Source of the DNA: Candidatus Latescibacterota bacterium | GTDB lineage: Bacteria; Latescibacterota; UBA2968; GCA-2709665 | Direction of reading: 5' to 3' | Length of the DNA stretch: 64,000 bases | NCBI GenBank assembly: GCA_965219455.1 | Contig: OZ244744.1 | Location: forward strand, 2,688,001 to 2,752,000 | Shown here: positions 39,401 through 48,176 of the stretch, one piece after another | How the letters are laid out: each line of letters begins with the position of its first letter | Numbering within the stretch: position 1 is the stretch's first letter | Program-made: the position numbers and the translations under genes | The notes under the pieces: model-generated | Database searches by the model: none | Seen by the model: the letters and a program-made list of their open reading frames with translations, nothing else | Told to the model about the DNA's origin: nothing

Positions 39401-39494
39401 AAATCCCCCCACCGCATCAGCCGTCGCCGGCCCTTCGACAAGCTCAGGGGACGGGCTCGGCTTCTGCGACTCCCCCTCAAGGGGGGAGTGATTG
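39401..39494. repeat. Composite intergenic palindromic repeat
   Basis: Contains CCCTTCGACAAGCTCAGG (inverse of the 17422 element) and an ACTCCCCC...GGGGGAGT hairpin. Confidence 0.6.
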
Positions 39495-39654
39495 AACCTT
39501 CAAACGGGCTCGCCCGATAATTGCCACCTGTTTGGTTGCGGCTGAGCATGGCGAAGCCGCGCTTGGCCTATAGATCAAACAAGCCATTTGTCTCGTCGCG
39601 TTCGAATGCAGAAAGGTGGAGTTGCCGGTTTCGAGTTGAGCGACCCGCCCGGTG

Positions 39655-39996
39655 CTATCCGTCGAATTCGTACAAGAGGTTGTCACCGGACACGCCCGCG
39701 ATTCGAAGGTCGACCTTGCCCGGACCGGGTCCGTATAACTGCTGATAGCGCGTCCTGACCAGGGCGAGGTCGAAGACATGGGACTCGGTCAGCCATGCCT
39801 CGCAGAGATCGCCGTTCGCATTATGGGCGAGCACGGCCGGAAGCTGCACCGGATCCGACTCTCTGAACGATTTCGAGATTACCAGCGTGAAGTCGTGTCT
39901 CCGGCAGCCGGTCGCGGCGAGCACGGCGAGCAGTAGCGCGACCGAGGCCGCGCCCCTCTCGGCGGAAACCAGGGAACCGGCGGATCCGGATGTCAT
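39655..39996 (-). CDS. Small lipoprotein-like ORF, possibly internally deleted
   Basis: GGAGG RBS, hydrophobic stretch ending AATGC, then a HDFTLV...ESDPVQ...HNANGDLCEA domain. Confidence 0.55.
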   Translation of the reverse strand: MTSGSAGSLVSAERGAASVALLLAVLAATGCRRHDFTLVISKSFRESDPVQLPAVLAHNANGDLCEAWLTESHVFDLALVRTRYQQLYGPGPGKVDLRIAGVSGDNLLYEFDG

Positions 39997-40179
39997 TGAT
40001 CCCTCCAGCGTTGGATTTCGAGTTGTCCCGCAAGACCGCAAAAGCAATATAGCACCGATTCGGCGCTTCAAGGCCGCCGATCGGGCCAGCCGGGCAGCTT
40101 TGTCCCGGTTGGCTGGCGCTTCACTTGAAGATATCGTATTCTTGCTGTGGTTCGTCAGGTAGAGAGACCAGAAAGACAA

Positions 40180-40238
40180 CAAATGTCGGCACTTAATAGT
40201 AACTGCCGACATTTGATGCTGATTGCCGATCCAATATA
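40180..40238. promoter_or_regulatory. Orphan copy of AbiE-type operator inverted repeat
   Basis: CAAATGTCGGCA-12bp-TGCCGACATTTG; aligns over ~55 bp with 42034-42091. Confidence 0.65.
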
Positions 40239-40492
40239 TAATGAAGTTCGACATTTCAACATCGTTAAATTTATCGCCCGATCATCGTCTGTATTTTCTA
40301 CGAGTAAGCTGGCGCTTGGCCGTCCACGTACGCCCCACATTCCAAATCGAACGAACGCCTGCGGCGGACAATGATCAGGTAGGTACTTTGGACATTCGCG
40401 AATTTAGACAGATGAACCGTACCAAGGGGCCAACCCGCGGAGAGCCCAGTTCCAGCCGTGCACGGAGCGTACTCGGCTTTCATCAGAAAGGC

Positions 40493-41416
40493 CTATTCAT
40501 GTCGCCAGGGTCCACCTGCCTTCCAACTCCCCGTGAAACCGGCTCCGCGCGCCACAGCATCCCATGGTTCTCTGAAAAACGATATAAGACGGTCGCCCAA
40601 AGAACCGAAATCTGCGGGCGCACCCGCAAGCGCGTTCCGTTCCAGATAGGTACGCCACTGACCGGCACGCTCTCCATCAGCATAAAAGCGGGCCGTCAGA
40701 GCAACGGGTAGAGCCTGTGAGAAAGTTGTACGTCGTCGTTCGAAGGTCGCGCGCAAAGCTCTCAAGAGTTGATTGCCCTCGAAAGCAAAGTGCTGTATAA
40801 GGGCATAAAGATCGTAAAAGTCCTTGTTTCGACTGTTCCGTTCGCCCAACACAACCATCGCATGAAGCTTTTCCGCAACGACGGCCTCCCGCGGGTAGAC
40901 TCGGATATCCGGACTGGGATTGTCGAGCAAGGTCTTGTAAAGTGTGTCGGTCGGTGGCGGTTCGACGGCATTTCCAAAGCCAATATCGATCTGCATACGT
41001 ATACGTGCGTTATCCAGCGTCGCACTGAAACTTACGCGGAGACTATCATACATGTCCTGATCGCGAATGGTTTCGATCGCGATGTTGCTGATATCGAAGA
41101 CAAGTCCATCGTCGTCCACCGGAGTCTGACAGATTTCCCGGACCGTGGACCTTACTTCGTTCAATAACGAACTGCCGTAACCGGTAAAGTCTAGATCGCG
41201 GGTCGGGCGGTAGACTGCTTCAACCCAATGGACAAGAAGCATAGCGCCTTTCAAGATATAGCGATTGCGATACGGCGACTCTCCCAGCCGGTAGAGGAAT
41301 CGTTCTGCCGCGTATCGCTCCAGCAGGAACTGGAAATCCTCACCGGTTTGACGGCTCCGGTTCAACAATCTTGCGCGCACTGATGCGCCGACATTACGGC
41401 GCCCTCCGCGAGTCAT
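40493..41416 (-). CDS. abiEii: AbiEii family nucleotidyltransferase toxin
   Basis: LKGA, RPTRDLD, AEKLHAM, NSRNKDFYD; ATGA overlap with abiEi. Confidence 0.92.
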   Translation of the reverse strand: MTRGGRRNVGASVRARLLNRSRQTGEDFQFLLERYAAERFLYRLGESPYRNRYILKGAMLLVHWVEAVYRPTRDLDFTGYGSSLLNEVRSTVREICQTPVDDDGLVFDISNIAIETIRDQDMYDSLRVSFSATLDNARIRMQIDIGFGNAVEPPPTDTLYKTLLDNPSPDIRVYPREAVVAEKLHAMVVLGERNSRNKDFYDLYALIQHFAFEGNQLLRALRATFERRRTTFSQALPVALTARFYADGERAGQWRTYLERNALAGAPADFGSLGDRLISFFREPWDAVARGAGFTGSWKAGGPWRHE

Positions 41417-42018
41417 GTTTGAAGCGCCTCCAGGTAACTCCGCATAACCGTCTGCGCGCGGCAAACTTCTGCCGCTCGCATAATCTCGTCCACGGTCGCA
41501 GCACGCGATCGCAGAACATCATGCAGCGCCTCAAGCGCTATATCGAGTCCAAGCTTGTTGCGATACCGAAAACAATCCACGACGGTTCGGGCTGGCGAAG
41601 TGATGCGAAACGGTACCCCCAGCGCCGAATGGTGGGTTACCCCATAGGTTAGCATCGCACCTGAGAAACGGACCATGCGTACCCGAGCGGGCGGGCGAGC
41701 GGGTTTGCGAGCCTTGCGGTCCAGAGCGATCCAGATCTCGTGAGGCGACTGCGTGCCGATTTCGTGGAAACGAAGCGCCGTCAGCAGGCACATGACGGCA
41801 TTCGGTATGGCCGCAGCTACCATCGCGATCGTCTCTACCTCTGTCGCTTCGACCTCGGAGAGTCGATAAAGGCCATTTCCCAGACTATCGACGAGTCCTT
41901 CGGCGACGAGACCCATGAGTCGCCGATGTGAGATCCCGAACGGTGCGAGGTCTTTAGGTCGAAAATAGACACCCAGGCCCGCTTCTTGAAGTTGAGCAAT
42001 ATCCATTGGGTGAACCAT
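41413..42018 (-). CDS. abiEi: AbiEi family antitoxin/regulator
   Basis: GLYRL, CLLTALRFHEI, SPARTVVDCFRYRNKLG; start 42018 or 42006. Confidence 0.92.
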   Translation of the reverse strand: MVHPMDIAQLQEAGLGVYFRPKDLAPFGISHRRLMGLVAEGLVDSLGNGLYRLSEVEATEVETIAMVAAAIPNAVMCLLTALRFHEIGTQSPHEIWIALDRKARKPARPPARVRMVRFSGAMLTYGVTHHSALGVPFRITSPARTVVDCFRYRNKLGLDIALEALHDVLRSRAATVDEIMRAAEVCRAQTVMRSYLEALQT

Positions 42019-42033
42019 TTGCGAAATGATACT

Positions 42034-42091
42034 AAATGTCGTCACTTTATCGTAACTGCCGATAATTGTTGTCAATCTGCTGGTCAAATAA
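42034..42091 (-). promoter_or_regulatory. abiE promoter/operator
   Basis: Imperfect inverted repeat AAATGTCGTCA...TGCCGATAATT with minus-strand TTGACA just upstream of abiEi. Confidence 0.6.
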
Positions 42092-42103
42092 GGGCGCGGG
42101 ATG

Positions 42104-42391
42104 TTATCGAAAACCTCTGAGCCGGGCCAGGAGACTCTTTGCGTGCCGGCAAGCGTCTTCGACGAGACCCGGGTCGATTTGCGCCAGGAGGATTGGAACG
42201 GCACCTCCCTTCGAATCGTCGAGTGCCGTAGTAAAACGGTTGAATGTCTGTTGACGCGTGCCTCCCCGCACCACTCTCGGCATTCGACCGCCGAGTCCAG
42301 CCTTTGCAAGGAAAGCCTTCCAAGCCTCGCGGAACTGCGCACCAAGGCGGCGATTGTCGCCCCCGCCCTCAATATATAGTACGGCTGTCAC
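42104..42391 (-). pseudogene. DUF4276-like (TOPRIM-like) protein with apparent in-frame internal deletion
   Basis: N-terminal LYIEGGG...GGTR...PILL joined directly to C-terminal AQIDP..VEDAC.HAK; only 95 aa; GTGA overlap with the ATPase. Confidence 0.65.
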
Positions 42392-43605
42392 CAGCGATTT
42401 CCTCCGATTTGTCCGGAACTCCAGAGATTACCCAGTGTGTAATCCTTCAGCCATTTGGCGAGATCGGCTTTGTCGAGCCGACCCATCTCGGTCTGTCCAT
42501 CGTGCTTTTCGCAGACTATCACGCTCTCGGGTGTGTCGGTTAGCGCATCCACCAACGCGTCGGAATGAGTCGTTACGACCAATTGACTGCGTTCCGACGC
42601 TGAGACAAGCAAGTCGGCCACAGTGGGTAAAAGGTCCGGATGCAAGCCTAGTTCCGGTTCCTCGATCACCACCAGGGGAGGCGGTTCAGGATGGAGCAGA
42701 ATGGCCAACAGACACAGATAACGCGATGTGCCGTCTGAAATGCGTGTGGCCGGAATCTGGCGGTTGTCCGCTTCTACCAGAAATAGTGCCATGTTACCAC
42801 CGTCTACTGAAAAAGTGATGTCGACGATGCCGTCAAAGAGTTTCTGCAGAGCTGTGACGAGTTGCCCTTTGTTTTCGCCACGGAAGTGCGACAACACAAG
42901 CGCGAGGTTTGTGCTGTCCTCATCCAGAAAATCGGCGCGGTCGTGGGCGCTCTGGTTCCTGCGGCACGCTGCCGAGGGACCGAGAAACCAATCGCGGTAA
43001 AGACGAAGTTGCCCGTATTGTTCCTTCAGATGCCACAGAATCGGATACTCAGGACTTGCAAAGTAAACGAGAGAATGTTCCGGACGATAGTAGCTTTGAA
43101 ACCCTATACTCCGGGTTCCTTTTACAATGGCTGGTGGCGGTCCCAAAGGGGCGGACGAATAATGCGGCGTCGACCTGTCAGCTGACGAATCGACATCTGG
43201 CTCTTCCTTTCTGGGTGGTCGATAGTAGGAAAGCGGGGGAAGTAATTCGACATAGGCGCCCAAAGGCTCGACCTGCTCGTCGATCACTTCGGGACGATCG
43301 TTACTGTGGCCAAGTGTCAACGAATGGCGCGCGATGCGGTCCGCACCATATTCGACAAACACTTCCAATGCGAATGAGTCCAGCGCATCTCGCCCGTTCC
43401 ACAACCACGACTCAACGCCCCCCATACGCGAGATCGGATCTGTTATGCAACTCGGCGCCGCCCTAAGCAAGGCAATTGCTTCCAGAAAGTTCGACTTTCC
43501 TGAGCCGTTCGGGCCAATGAGGACGTTCAGCGGTTCCATGGGCAAGTCAACTCCATCGGGTCCGAACGACAGGAGGCCGGAAATTTTCAATTTATGAATC
43601 AACAT
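42388..43605 (-). CDS. AAA_21/ABC-type ATPase
   Basis: GPNGSGKSN, SDGT signature, IEEPELGLHP, VTTHS. Confidence 0.92.
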   Translation of the reverse strand: MLIHKLKISGLLSFGPDGVDLPMEPLNVLIGPNGSGKSNFLEAIALLRAAPSCITDPISRMGGVESWLWNGRDALDSFALEVFVEYGADRIARHSLTLGHSNDRPEVIDEQVEPLGAYVELLPPLSYYRPPRKEEPDVDSSADRSTPHYSSAPLGPPPAIVKGTRSIGFQSYYRPEHSLVYFASPEYPILWHLKEQYGQLRLYRDWFLGPSAACRRNQSAHDRADFLDEDSTNLALVLSHFRGENKGQLVTALQKLFDGIVDITFSVDGGNMALFLVEADNRQIPATRISDGTSRYLCLLAILLHPEPPPLVVIEEPELGLHPDLLPTVADLLVSASERSQLVVTTHSDALVDALTDTPESVIVCEKHDGQTEMGRLDKADLAKWLKDYTLGNLWSSGQIGGNRW

Positions 43606-43753
43606 ATCGGCTCCTCAAGCATGCGTAGCGGTTATTTTGCCGTGCAAACACACCCGTCAGTTTTTCAGGCCGCTTATGACGTGTTCCTAGTAAGCAGTCC
43701 TTCCAGGCTGAAGTCAACTCTATCATCAATTGATGAGCCTTCTGCCGTTCTCG

Positions 43754-44068
43754 TCATACGCTAAGTTCGATGTCGCGTGGCGCAATCGCTTCCAGTTCCT
43801 CTGCCTCAGACCGGGTGGCGTGATACAGATCCCAACGTAGCTGCAGATTCAGCCAAAACGCGGCCGAAACGTTGAAATATCTCCCCAGGCGCAGGGCCGT
43901 GCTAGGAGTAATACCTCGTCGACCGTTTACCAGTTCGTTGACCCATTGACAGGGCACATGAATGGCGGTAGCCAATTCCCGTTGTGTTAAATTCAACGAA
44001 TTCAGAAACTCCTCAAGCAACATCACGCCCGGATGAGTGGGGACACGATTGGTTGGAATACGTACCAT
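43754..44068 (-). CDS. higA: HigA family antitoxin
   Basis: THPG..LLEEFL, NELVNGRRGITP, FWLNLQ. Confidence 0.92.
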   Translation of the reverse strand: MVRIPTNRVPTHPGVMLLEEFLNSLNLTQRELATAIHVPCQWVNELVNGRRGITPSTALRLGRYFNVSAAFWLNLQLRWDLYHATRSEAEELEAIAPRDIELSV

Positions 44069-44090
44069 GATCCAAACCTTTGGTTAATCG

Positions 44091-44148
44091 TTAGTGATAG
44101 TCGAAGATCTCCACATCAGTGGGACCGGCAATCCGGCCACGCAAAGCA
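44091..44148 (-). pseudogene. HigB toxin C-terminal remnant
   Basis: CFAWPD, a frameshift, then AGPTDVEIFDYH*; directly upstream of higA. Confidence 0.7.
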
Positions 44149-44172
44149 GTTGCCATAGATACTTTTGGTGGC

Positions 44173-46326
44173 TCAGACCGTTGCGCCGGACATTTCCTTC
44201 AACATCTCCATTATGTCCTTTTCGATATGCTGAATATCGGCCTCGATCTCCGGAAGTGGCCGCGGCGGCTTATACTGGTAGAAATAACGGTTGAAGTTGA
44301 TCTCGTAGCCCACAAAACCGACCTTTCCGTCCCGATGATCGCGCTTCGATGTATCTATCCACGCTTCCGGAACATGAGGTTTGACCTCCCGCTCGAAAAA
44401 GGCGCGAACGCTGGCTGGGACGCCGTCGCCGTCCACGGGGTCCGCCCCATCGGCGAGCGGTACGCGCTCGGTGTCACGCAACTCCGGGTCGGGTTCGGGC
44501 GCGCCGTTTTTTCCCCGGCAGATCGTGGCTGTTTCATCGCGCTCGCCAAGAGCCGTGAGGATTGCCTTCTGCACCGGCGCCGCGAGTTTAAGACCGGCTC
44601 TCCGCGCCGCTTCCGCGAGTTCTGCCAGAAATACCTCGCGGTCTTTGTGAAGGGTGTCGGGCAGCTTCTCGAGCGTGGTCAAAATTTCCTGCTGCAGAGC
44701 GCGGCCATCGGCCTTTTCCCTGAGGCCGGCGTCGCCCCGTTTCTTCGATTTGGCCAGATTCTGAAATCCTGTCTGTTCGCTCAGCCGTGCGATGCGTTCC
44801 GCGCTTGCCTGAAAATTGAGTCGCAGCGGTCGTTCAACCGTAATTCTCCGATATCCGAATCGCTTCGTAGAGAAGACACGGCTGACGACTTTGTCTTCTT
44901 CCTCGCCGTCTTCAGAGACCTTCCGCGTCTCGCCATCGTGAAAGCCCCGCAGGAGACCCAGCACGTCGTCTGCTTTCCCAGGTGGTATCTCCCGCCGCTT
45001 GTCGCCCAGGCTCCGGCGCATCGGCTTCCAGAAGGTCGTGGCGTCGATAAGCTGCACCTTGCCCTTGCGTTCCGGAGCCTTGCGGTTGCTCAAAACCCAC
45101 ACATAGGTTGCAATGCCGGTGTTGTAGAAAAGCTGCTCGGGCAGCGCAATCAACGCCTCCAGCAGGTCGTTTTCCATAATATATCGGCGAATTTCACTTT
45201 CGCCGCTGCCCGCGTCACCCGTAAACAAGGGCGAACCGTTCATGATGATCGCAATGCGTGCGCCTCCCTGGTCCGGCGCCCGGGCGTGAGCGAGCATGTG
45301 CAGCAGGAACAGTGTTTGACCGTCGCTGATGCGCGGGAGCCCAGGGCCGAAGCGCCCGGCCGCGCCCCGTTCATGTTCGGACTCGACCGAGGTCTTGTCG
45401 CGTTTCCAGTCCTTTCCATAGGGCGGATTCGCGATCAGGTAATCAAAATGGTGGGCGGCATGCCGATCGTTTGAGAGCGTGCTGCCAAAAACGACCTTGT
45501 CCGCGTCGCGGCCCGTCGGATCCTTCATATACATGTCAGACTTTGAGACCGCCCACGTCTCCGGGTTCACTTCCTGGCCGAAGAGATGGATCTCCGCCTC
45601 CGGTTTGATAGCGGGGCGAGGGATTTCGCCGTTGCTTCGCATGCCCCTCGTAATGTGTTCCTTGGCGATGGTCAACATGCCGCCGGAGCCGCAGCACGGG
45701 TCGTAAACACTGCGCACAACGCCGGGTCGGGCGATGCGGTCTTTCTCACCGGCGAGCATGAGGTCCACCATCAGGTGGACCACGTCCCTCGGTGTGAAGT
45801 GCTCCCCGGGATTCTCATCCAGGGCTTCGTTGAATCTGCGGATCAACTCTTCAAAGACCGTCCCCATGGTCGCGTTGTCGATCCGATCCGGATGCAGGTC
45901 GACGTTCTTGAACCGCTCCAGCACCTGGAACAGCAGCCCCGCTTCATCGAGCTTGCTGATCGTGTTGTCGAGGTCGAATCGTTCCAACACCTCGCGCATG
46001 TTATCGCTGAAACCGGCGATGTAGTTTCTCAGGTTGGCGGCAAGTTGGGGCGCATCGGCCAGCAACGTGTCGAAGTCATAGCGTGAAGTGTTGTAGAATG
46101 CGAAGCCGGATGTTTCGCGCAGTTGCCCCTTCAGATCTTCAAGGCCGCGACCTCTCAACTCCGCCTGGCGTTTGAGCACTTGTTGCTTGGTCGGCGCAAG
46201 AACGCAGTCAAGGCGGCGCAGCACGGTCAGAGGAAGAATGACGTCCTGGTATTTGCCGCGCTTGAAGCTGTCGCGGATGAGATCCGCAACGCCCCAGATG
46301 AAGCTGACGATCTCACTGTGATTCAT
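44173..46326 (-). CDS. hsdM: Type I R-M N6-adenine methyltransferase
   Basis: FIWGVADL, GEHFTPR, DPCCGSGG, NPPY, FYNTGI, GYEINFNRYFY. Confidence 0.96.
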   Translation of the reverse strand: MNHSEIVSFIWGVADLIRDSFKRGKYQDVILPLTVLRRLDCVLAPTKQQVLKRQAELRGRGLEDLKGQLRETSGFAFYNTSRYDFDTLLADAPQLAANLRNYIAGFSDNMREVLERFDLDNTISKLDEAGLLFQVLERFKNVDLHPDRIDNATMGTVFEELIRRFNEALDENPGEHFTPRDVVHLMVDLMLAGEKDRIARPGVVRSVYDPCCGSGGMLTIAKEHITRGMRSNGEIPRPAIKPEAEIHLFGQEVNPETWAVSKSDMYMKDPTGRDADKVVFGSTLSNDRHAAHHFDYLIANPPYGKDWKRDKTSVESEHERGAAGRFGPGLPRISDGQTLFLLHMLAHARAPDQGGARIAIIMNGSPLFTGDAGSGESEIRRYIMENDLLEALIALPEQLFYNTGIATYVWVLSNRKAPERKGKVQLIDATTFWKPMRRSLGDKRREIPPGKADDVLGLLRGFHDGETRKVSEDGEEEDKVVSRVFSTKRFGYRRITVERPLRLNFQASAERIARLSEQTGFQNLAKSKKRGDAGLREKADGRALQQEILTTLEKLPDTLHKDREVFLAELAEAARRAGLKLAAPVQKAILTALGERDETATICRGKNGAPEPDPELRDTERVPLADGADPVDGDGVPASVRAFFEREVKPHVPEAWIDTSKRDHRDGKVGFVGYEINFNRYFYQYKPPRPLPEIEADIQHIEKDIMEMLKEMSGATV

Positions 46327-46468
46327 CGGTTCGCTCCACGATTTCGATTGGGGAAATAACGACGACCCCTTTACGCGTTTCCCGTTCAGTTCGCTAACAA
46401 TATAACACAAAATGGCAATAAAACAGAGAATGGCCTTTTCGCGTTCTAAACAGTGCCCGGTAGACGCA

Positions 46469-46495
46469 TGTAGGGGCAGGTTTGAAACCTGCCCC
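46469..46495. repeat. REP-like palindrome
   Basis: TGTAGGGGCAGGTTTGAAACCTGCCCC; near-identical to the copy at 47354. Confidence 0.8.
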
Positions 46496-46690
46496 GACTG
46501 GAGAGGCATCGGCAGGCGCGAAGGCCTTGTCTTGTTTTCGCATGTGAAGATAAGGAGGTTTCTTATTAGCGAAAACGGTTTAAATCGATAATAATAAACG
46601 CACGTAGACGAAAAAAGAACTGACTTGCATTATACAAGCCAGTTCAGGGTAGATGGGATAGCTGAAAAGGGGTTTCTGAATCAGCGCCGC

Positions 46691-46879
46691 TTATTCGCCC
46701 CGTTGTGCAAGGAACCGTGCCAGGGCGCCCGGTCGACGCGCCACCGGCTGAAGCGTCTGGCCTGGCGCTCCCGATCGCACCAGGATCCCACGCCGTCGAA
46801 GATCATCCAGTCGCTCTTGGATCGTCTGCTGCTTCTGACGCTTTATCGCGCGGTTCTCAGCCACGGGTTCTCCTCTCAC
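46691..46879 (-). pseudogene. Phd/YefM-like antitoxin C-terminal fragment
   Basis: RGEPVAE...RLDDLRRRGIL...ALARFLAQR; Phd N-terminus missing, no toxin follows. Confidence 0.5.
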
Positions 46880-46884
46880 AAACT

Positions 46885-47313
46885 TTACGCCGGGCGGAAC
46901 TCCACGATCAGTTCCCGTCCGAGCGACCGAAGGGCCTTGTGAATGCGGTTGGCGGCGGTGTGGTGTCGGGGGTCAAGCATGCGGCGCACCACTTTCTCGT
47001 TTACGCCGAGGCGTCGAGCAAAGGCAAGGCGAGACAGACCGCTGTCCCGCAACGCAAGGGCGAACGCGGCCTTCGCCGCCATATCGGGTGGAACGGCAAT
47101 GTACTGCTCGCCGGCGCGTCGGCGACTGGGCGCCGGGATGGGCTCGTCATCGTCAATGCGGCCGGCGACCGCTTCCTCGAGCGCGTCGCGGGCCTCCGCG
47201 AGGGCCGCCGACTCGTCGGCGCCGGACGTTAGGCATTCCGGAAAATCCCGGAATGAGACGGTGATCTCGCCGGAGCGGTCTGGATGAAACCGGGCGGGAT
47301 AGCGAAACTGCAT
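46885..47313 (-). CDS. hicB: HicB family antitoxin (orphan)
   Basis: YPA...VSFRDFPECLTSG...EARDAL...PIPAPS plus C-terminal HTH; AGAGG RBS. Confidence 0.88.
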   Translation of the reverse strand: MQFRYPARFHPDRSGEITVSFRDFPECLTSGADESAALAEARDALEEAVAGRIDDDEPIPAPSRRRAGEQYIAVPPDMAAKAAFALALRDSGLSRLAFARRLGVNEKVVRRMLDPRHHTAANRIHKALRSLGRELIVEFRPA

Positions 47314-47353
47314 GACGGTTTCCTCTAACCTGTTTCCAAAAACACCCTTGAAT

Positions 47354-47382
47354 GTAGGGGCAGGTTTCAAACCTGCCCCTAC
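47354..47382. repeat. REP-like perfect palindrome
   Basis: GTAGGGGCAGGTTT-C-AAACCTGCCCCTAC. Confidence 0.85.
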
Positions 47383-47400
47383 GTAACGGATGACCGATAC

Positions 47401-47441
47401 GACAAGACCCCGGCGGGATTGTCCATCGGGGTCTTGTCTTC
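47401..47441 (-). terminator. Hairpin downstream of tRNA-Lys
   Basis: GACAAGACCCC...GGGGTCTTGTC stem. Confidence 0.55.
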
Positions 47442-47474
47442 GCCGTCAGACCGTCGGAACAGACGGCTGAAAAT

Positions 47475-47550
47475 TGGTGCGCCCACAGGGAATCGAACCC
47501 CGAACCTTCTGATTAAGAGTCAGCTGCTCTGCCTATTGAGCTATGGGCGC
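47475..47550 (-). tRNA. tRNA-Lys (CTT)
   Basis: GCGCCCA/TGGGCGC acceptor stem, TAGCTCAA D-arm, CT-CTT-AA anticodon loop, GGTTCGATTCC T-arm, encoded CCA; 76 nt. Confidence 0.97.
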
Positions 47551-47635
47551 ATTGACGTGCGTGGCGCAACCTTCGGTTGATCTGCGCCAATTGATTCCAA
47601 ATAAATATATATCAGCAATGCGTTTGAATCTATTC

Positions 47636-48106
47636 CTACGTTCGAACATAGTCCTCGCTGCGGCCGCCGGTTTTCCGCAGGAGGCGGATATTCCGGATCG
47701 CCATGTCCTTGTCCACGGCCTTGCACATATCGTAGACCGTCAGCAGCGCCGCGCTCACGGCCGTCAACGCTTCCATCTCCACACCGGTTTTGCCCGTCAC
47801 GCGCACGCTGGCTTCCGCTTCGATACGGTCATGTCCCACGGCAAAGCTGAGTTCGATGCCCGTGGGATCCACGGGATGGCAAAGCGGAATCAGTTCCCAC
47901 GTACGTTTCGCCGCCATTATCCCCGCTATCCGGGCGGTCTCCAACACGTTTCCCTTGGGCAGCGCGCCCCCTGAAACCAGGCGCGCCGTCTCCGGCGACA
48001 TGGCAATCTCACCGCCGGCAACCGCCACGCGGTCGGTCACGTCCTTTTCAGTGACGTCCACCATCCGCACCGTTCCGTCTTCGGCAATGTGGGTCAGATT
48101 CGCCAT
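47636..48106 (-). CDS. moaC: Cyclic pyranopterin monophosphate synthase
   Basis: RMVDV, LIPLCH, TGVEMEAL, YDMCKA. Confidence 0.96.
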   Translation of the reverse strand: MANLTHIAEDGTVRMVDVTEKDVTDRVAVAGGEIAMSPETARLVSGGALPKGNVLETARIAGIMAAKRTWELIPLCHPVDPTGIELSFAVGHDRIEAEASVRVTGKTGVEMEALTAVSAALLTVYDMCKAVDKDMAIRNIRLLRKTGGRSEDYVRT

Positions 48107-48176
48107 GTTAACTGCCCGATCGATTCTGGAAGCGCGGGACACATCAGGTCGCGGACGAAGGAAGCTCCGCTTCGCA

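Larger units (their letters stand above)
25630..47400. mobile_element. Defence island adjacent to the tRNA-Lys 3' end (no integrase seen; boundaries approximate)
   Basis: Dense R-M, TA and Abi genes, gene fragments, AT-richer segments, flanking tRNA. Confidence 0.7.

Noticed and set aside
41413-42372. N-terminal extensions in the ORF track for abiEi, hsdM, hsdS, moaC, sat and the XRE gene
   Set aside because: They overlap neighbouring genes or promoters; internal starts with family-typical N-termini or RBS were chosen.
47475-47500. att direct repeat and integrase for the island
   Set aside because: No second copy of the tRNA 3' end found by eye, and no recombinase ORF in the window.
25827-47550. 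Functional link between the Schlafen domain and the neighbouring tRNA-Lys
   Set aside because: tRNAs are generic island neighbours; no sequence evidence of targeting.
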